This document shows, in pieces, positions 36,510 to 38,846 of a DNA stretch of 38,846 nt. How positions within the stretch are numbered: position 1 is the stretch's first letter; every line of letters starts with the position of its first letter. A program made the translations under genes and the position numbers. This DNA comes from a virus (taxonomy: Duplodnaviria > Caudoviricetes). Under the pieces are notes generated by a model, which was given only the letters and a program-made list of their open reading frames with translations, did not search any database and had not been told where the DNA came from. Where the stretch lies: IMG/VR virus record IMGVR_UViG_3300016667_000248, positions 1-38,846 of that record. One strand, given 5' to 3'.

Positions 36510-37491
36510 TGGTTGCCTCCTTGCGAGTGAGCTTGGGGGCCGGGCCGATGCGCGTTGCCTCGTAAAACCCGGCCTTGTTCCATTGGAAGTCGATCTCAAC
36601 TGCGGTGTTGAGTTTGATCGCGGACAGAAGTTGTGGTCCCACGCAGACCCATTGCTTGCCGTCCGTGGCGTGGCTGCACAGCACGGCGGAATTCCCGTTG
36701 GCCCGGTCAACCACCTTTTCGCAGATGAAGATGTCCGTGCCTTGGTCGGGCCACTTGCGCCCGGCGTTGGTCTTGGGAGCGGGTGGAATCGCCACCGATG
36801 GCGCGGCCACCACGGTCGCCACGACCTGTCGGGACGGCGGCGGTGGCGGGGGCGAAGTCACGGGCGGGGCCAAGGCAGGAACCGGGGTCACCGGATCCGC
36901 GACCGGGGCTTGGGCCTCGGCTTGCGCCATCTCCTCCGCGCTGTACAGACCGGACAATTCCGCCGGGAACGCCTTGCGAAGCGCAAGCATCTCGGCGCAC
37001 TTGGCGATCATCAGCGCAGGCATCTGCGGCCATTGCCCGGTGAGGTGGCCGTCCTTGCTGCGCGGCGCGTACTCATCGAACAGGGCCACGGCGTAGACCG
37101 GATTGGCAAAGCCCTTCCGCAGAACGCCGATCTTGGCGGCAGACGGGAACGAATCGTCCAACCACACATCCCGCCACACGCCGTCCTTGCCGCACCACCA
37201 CGGCCCGTCCTGCCCGGCGTACTCGCCCGACCGCTGCGCGGTCAGCCGCGCCCCGTCGATGCTGATCTGCGTCTGACGGACATTCTTCCCGGCCCTCTTG
37301 TCATAGCGGCTGATGCTGTAAATCTGCCGCGTGAACGGGTCCAAGCCGGTGCGTTCGCAGATGGCGATGAACAGCGCAAGCTCATCGTTGGTCGCGCCCA
37401 TGCAAACCGTCCTAGCGATCAGGTCGATCTGCGGTTGGGTGAATCGCGCCAGGCTCTTGCCCAGGCTCTCCGTCTTTGCCAAGTCACTCAT
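36502..37491 (-). CDS. bet: Phage single-strand annealing recombinase (Red-beta/RecT family, Bet)
   Basis: ATNDEL.LF...C.RTGLDPF.RQIY, SIDG.R..A.RSG.YAG, W..MP..MIAKCAE..ALRKAFP..LSGLY..EEM; Pro-rich linker. Confidence 0.9.
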   Translation of the reverse strand: MSDLAKTESLGKSLARFTQPQIDLIARTVCMGATNDELALFIAICERTGLDPFTRQIYSISRYDKRAGKNVRQTQISIDGARLTAQRSGEYAGQDGPWWCGKDGVWRDVWLDDSFPSAAKIGVLRKGFANPVYAVALFDEYAPRSKDGHLTGQWPQMPALMIAKCAEMLALRKAFPAELSGLYSAEEMAQAEAQAPVADPVTPVPALAPPVTSPPPPPPSRQVVATVVAAPSVAIPPAPKTNAGRKWPDQGTDIFICEKVVDRANGNSAVLCSHATDGKQWVCVGPQLLSAIKLNTAVEIDFQWNKAGFYEATRIGPAPKLTRKEATND

Positions 37492-37536
37492 GTGTCCTAC
37501 TCCATGAAATAGTGAACGCGCAGCCACGCGGCTGCG

Positions 37537-37995
37537 TCAATGACCCGGAGGATACCCTATGGTTTCGTAGGGGTCAACCCCGGTTTCAAATCCAATGCGG
37601 ACTTCCGTTTCCGATTCCGGCCCGTACTCCTTGGTCGCGTACAGGCCGATGACTTGGGAGTCATCCCAATAGGCCACCCCGGTCAAAGCATCCAAGGCAG
37701 CGCGGCAAAGCTTGTCGATGTCGCCCGACTTCCGGGTGGGGTGGGTCGGCGCGTCTTTCTTGAGCTTGCCCTTGGCGGTGAAATGGGACGGTGGCCGGCG
37801 GAACCGGAATACCAAGTTGACGATGGCCGGGAAACCGCACGGTTTGGGGAACACGCGCCTGGCATCCGCCGCCAACACATCGCGGAATCCCTTGACCCGG
37901 CGCGAACTCTCGAGCAGCACGGTCCTGCCGTTGCGAAGGCGCACCATCCGTTTGCTGCCTTGGGGCGCAGCGTCACCCTTGACCACGAACATCAT
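37537..37995 (-). CDS. rusA: RusA-like Holliday junction resolvase
   Basis: F.V.G.A.PQGSK, F.F.RP.SH, GDIDKL.RA.LDALTG..Y.DDSQV..L.A.KEY. Confidence 0.9.
   Translation of the reverse strand: MMFVVKGDAAPQGSKRMVRLRNGRTVLLESSRRVKGFRDVLAADARRVFPKPCGFPAIVNLVFRFRRPPSHFTAKGKLKKDAPTHPTRKSGDIDKLCRAALDALTGVAYWDDSQVIGLYATKEYGPESETEVRIGFETGVDPYETIGYPPGH
37549..37577 (-). promoter_or_regulatory. sigma70 promoter TTGACC-N17-TATCCT for the bet operon, with a CCCTA-N8-TAGGG palindrome
   Basis: Embedded in the rusA 3' end; followed by hairpin CGCAGCC-N4-GGCTGCG near 37519-37536. Confidence 0.6.
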
Positions 37996-38219
37996 CGGAG
38001 TCCCGCCTTTCGCAGTTCCTCAAGCGTCTTGTTGACATAGGCAACCCATCCCTTCTGCTGATCCTCAAGGTGCTTGAGCCGCATCAGGGCGGTATCCCGT
38101 TCATCGACGGCACGGGCAAACCCGTCCGCGATGGCGGCAAGCAGTTGGAAATCGACCGTCCGGGTGCTGCCGTCCTGCGAGTGCATGACTCGCCGCAGTT
38201 CTTCTAGGAGTTCGGGCAT
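37992..38219 (-). CDS. Hypothetical coiled-coil protein (MPELLEELRR...), 75 aa
   Basis: TGATG-coupled start; ATGA-coupled to rusA. Confidence 0.65.
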   Translation of the reverse strand: MPELLEELRRVMHSQDGSTRTVDFQLLAAIADGFARAVDERDTALMRLKHLEDQQKGWVAYVNKTLEELRKAGLR

Positions 38220-38500
38220 CAACCTTCCCCCTTGTACAGCTCGGTCTGCACGGCCTTGGCAAGTTCGGCAGGGCCAAGGCAATCCCACGACCGCGCCGCA
38301 GCGATGGCCTCAAGGGTTGACTTCTCAAACCCCATGATGGCTTGTTCGCTCAAGGTACGCGCACACACCTCTCGCCTCGCCTCGTCGCGCTCGGCGCGGA
38401 GCCGTTCGATCTCGTCGGCGGCTTCTCGGTTCATCAGTTCCACGCTGCGGTCGTTGTGCAGCACGGCGCGCAGCGCGGTCACGATGTCGATGTCGGTCAT
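38219..38500 (-). CDS. Hypothetical coiled-coil protein (MTDIDIVTALR...AADEIERLRAERDEARREVC), 93 aa
   Basis: ATGA-coupled start at 38500. Confidence 0.7.
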   Translation of the reverse strand: MTDIDIVTALRAVLHNDRSVELMNREAADEIERLRAERDEARREVCARTLSEQAIMGFEKSTLEAIAAARSWDCLGPAELAKAVQTELYKGEG

Positions 38501-38673
38501 CGCTTGCCCTTCTTCTTGGATGCGTGGTGTTGGTACAGGCCGATGCGCTGGTTGGCGCGGTTCAGGTCGCGCTTCAGTTCCTCGATGCGGTCGGCGGCAA
38601 TCACCGCGTAGGCCCATTCCGCGATGCGCGGATTCGTGTCGCGCAGCCGCTTGCACAGTTCGGTGTCGTTCAT
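38497..38673 (-). CDS. Hypothetical protein, 58 aa (MNDTELCKRLRD...AADRIEELKRD); missing from the ORF track
   Basis: ATGA overlaps at both ends; GGAGG RBS. Confidence 0.7.
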   Translation of the reverse strand: MNDTELCKRLRDTNPRIAEWAYAVIAADRIEELKRDLNRANQRIGLYQHHASKKKGKR

Positions 38674-38846
38674 TCTTCCTCCCTGCCGCGTCGGTCAGTT
38701 GCCATGCGCCATAGATCGCGTGCGGACATCTTGACGGTCAAACGGTCATCTTTCCACGCCGCGTCGATCAACGCCTGTAGGTCGGCAGGATCAACCTCCT
38801 GCTGTTCTGCAAGGTTGGCTTCCCCTCCCTCGTCGCGCTCGGCGCG
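38670..38846 (-). CDS. 3' part of the origin-spanning protein (RAERDE-GGEANL...GREEE*)
   Basis: In frame with 1-165 via the terminal repeat; stop overlaps the next ATG. Confidence 0.65.
   Translation of the reverse strand, partial: RAERDEGGEANLAEQQEVDPADLQALIDAAWKDDRLTVKMSARDLWRMATDRRGREEE
38829..38846. repeat. Terminal direct repeat (right copy)
   Basis: Identical to 1-18. Confidence 0.8.

Overview
This 38.8-kb GC-rich window looks like a complete, circularly permuted tailed-phage genome with podovirus-type, BPP-1/epsilon15-like structural genes. An 18-bp terminal repeat (1-18 = 38829-38846) joins a minus-strand ORF in frame across the ends. The plus strand (2305-34513) carries an HTH protein, a C5 DNA methyltransferase, terminases, a GNAT, portal, a ferritin-like protein, scaffold, major capsid, cement, tail adaptor and nozzle, three internal (ejected) virion proteins including a 4260-aa polyvalent protein, a tail fibre and a small membrane/lysis cassette. 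The minus strand (1508 to 1, continuing 38846 to 34724) carries translationally coupled small early genes, including a CsrA-like protein, RusA, Bet and Gp157. I recognise no integrase, polymerase, primase, helicase, endolysin, reverse transcriptase, tRNA or CRISPR array. The most notable observations are: (i) the giant virion protein is a chain of cassettes (acidic module, two ADP-ribosyltransferase-like domains, an HsdS-like fragment, two EExQSDW domains), each ending in a hydrophobic-(F/L/M)...Q motif and followed by an HExxH peptidase, suggesting an injected self-processing anti-defence polyprotein; (ii) a ~550-nt densely hairpinned non-coding region starts exactly at a predicted sigma70 +1 in a genome lacking replication genes; (iii) an alternative-frame ORF is nested in the methyltransferase; (iv) a CsrA homologue is accompanied by GGA-loop hairpins in two early leaders. 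All family assignments come from motif recognition by eye, not database searches.
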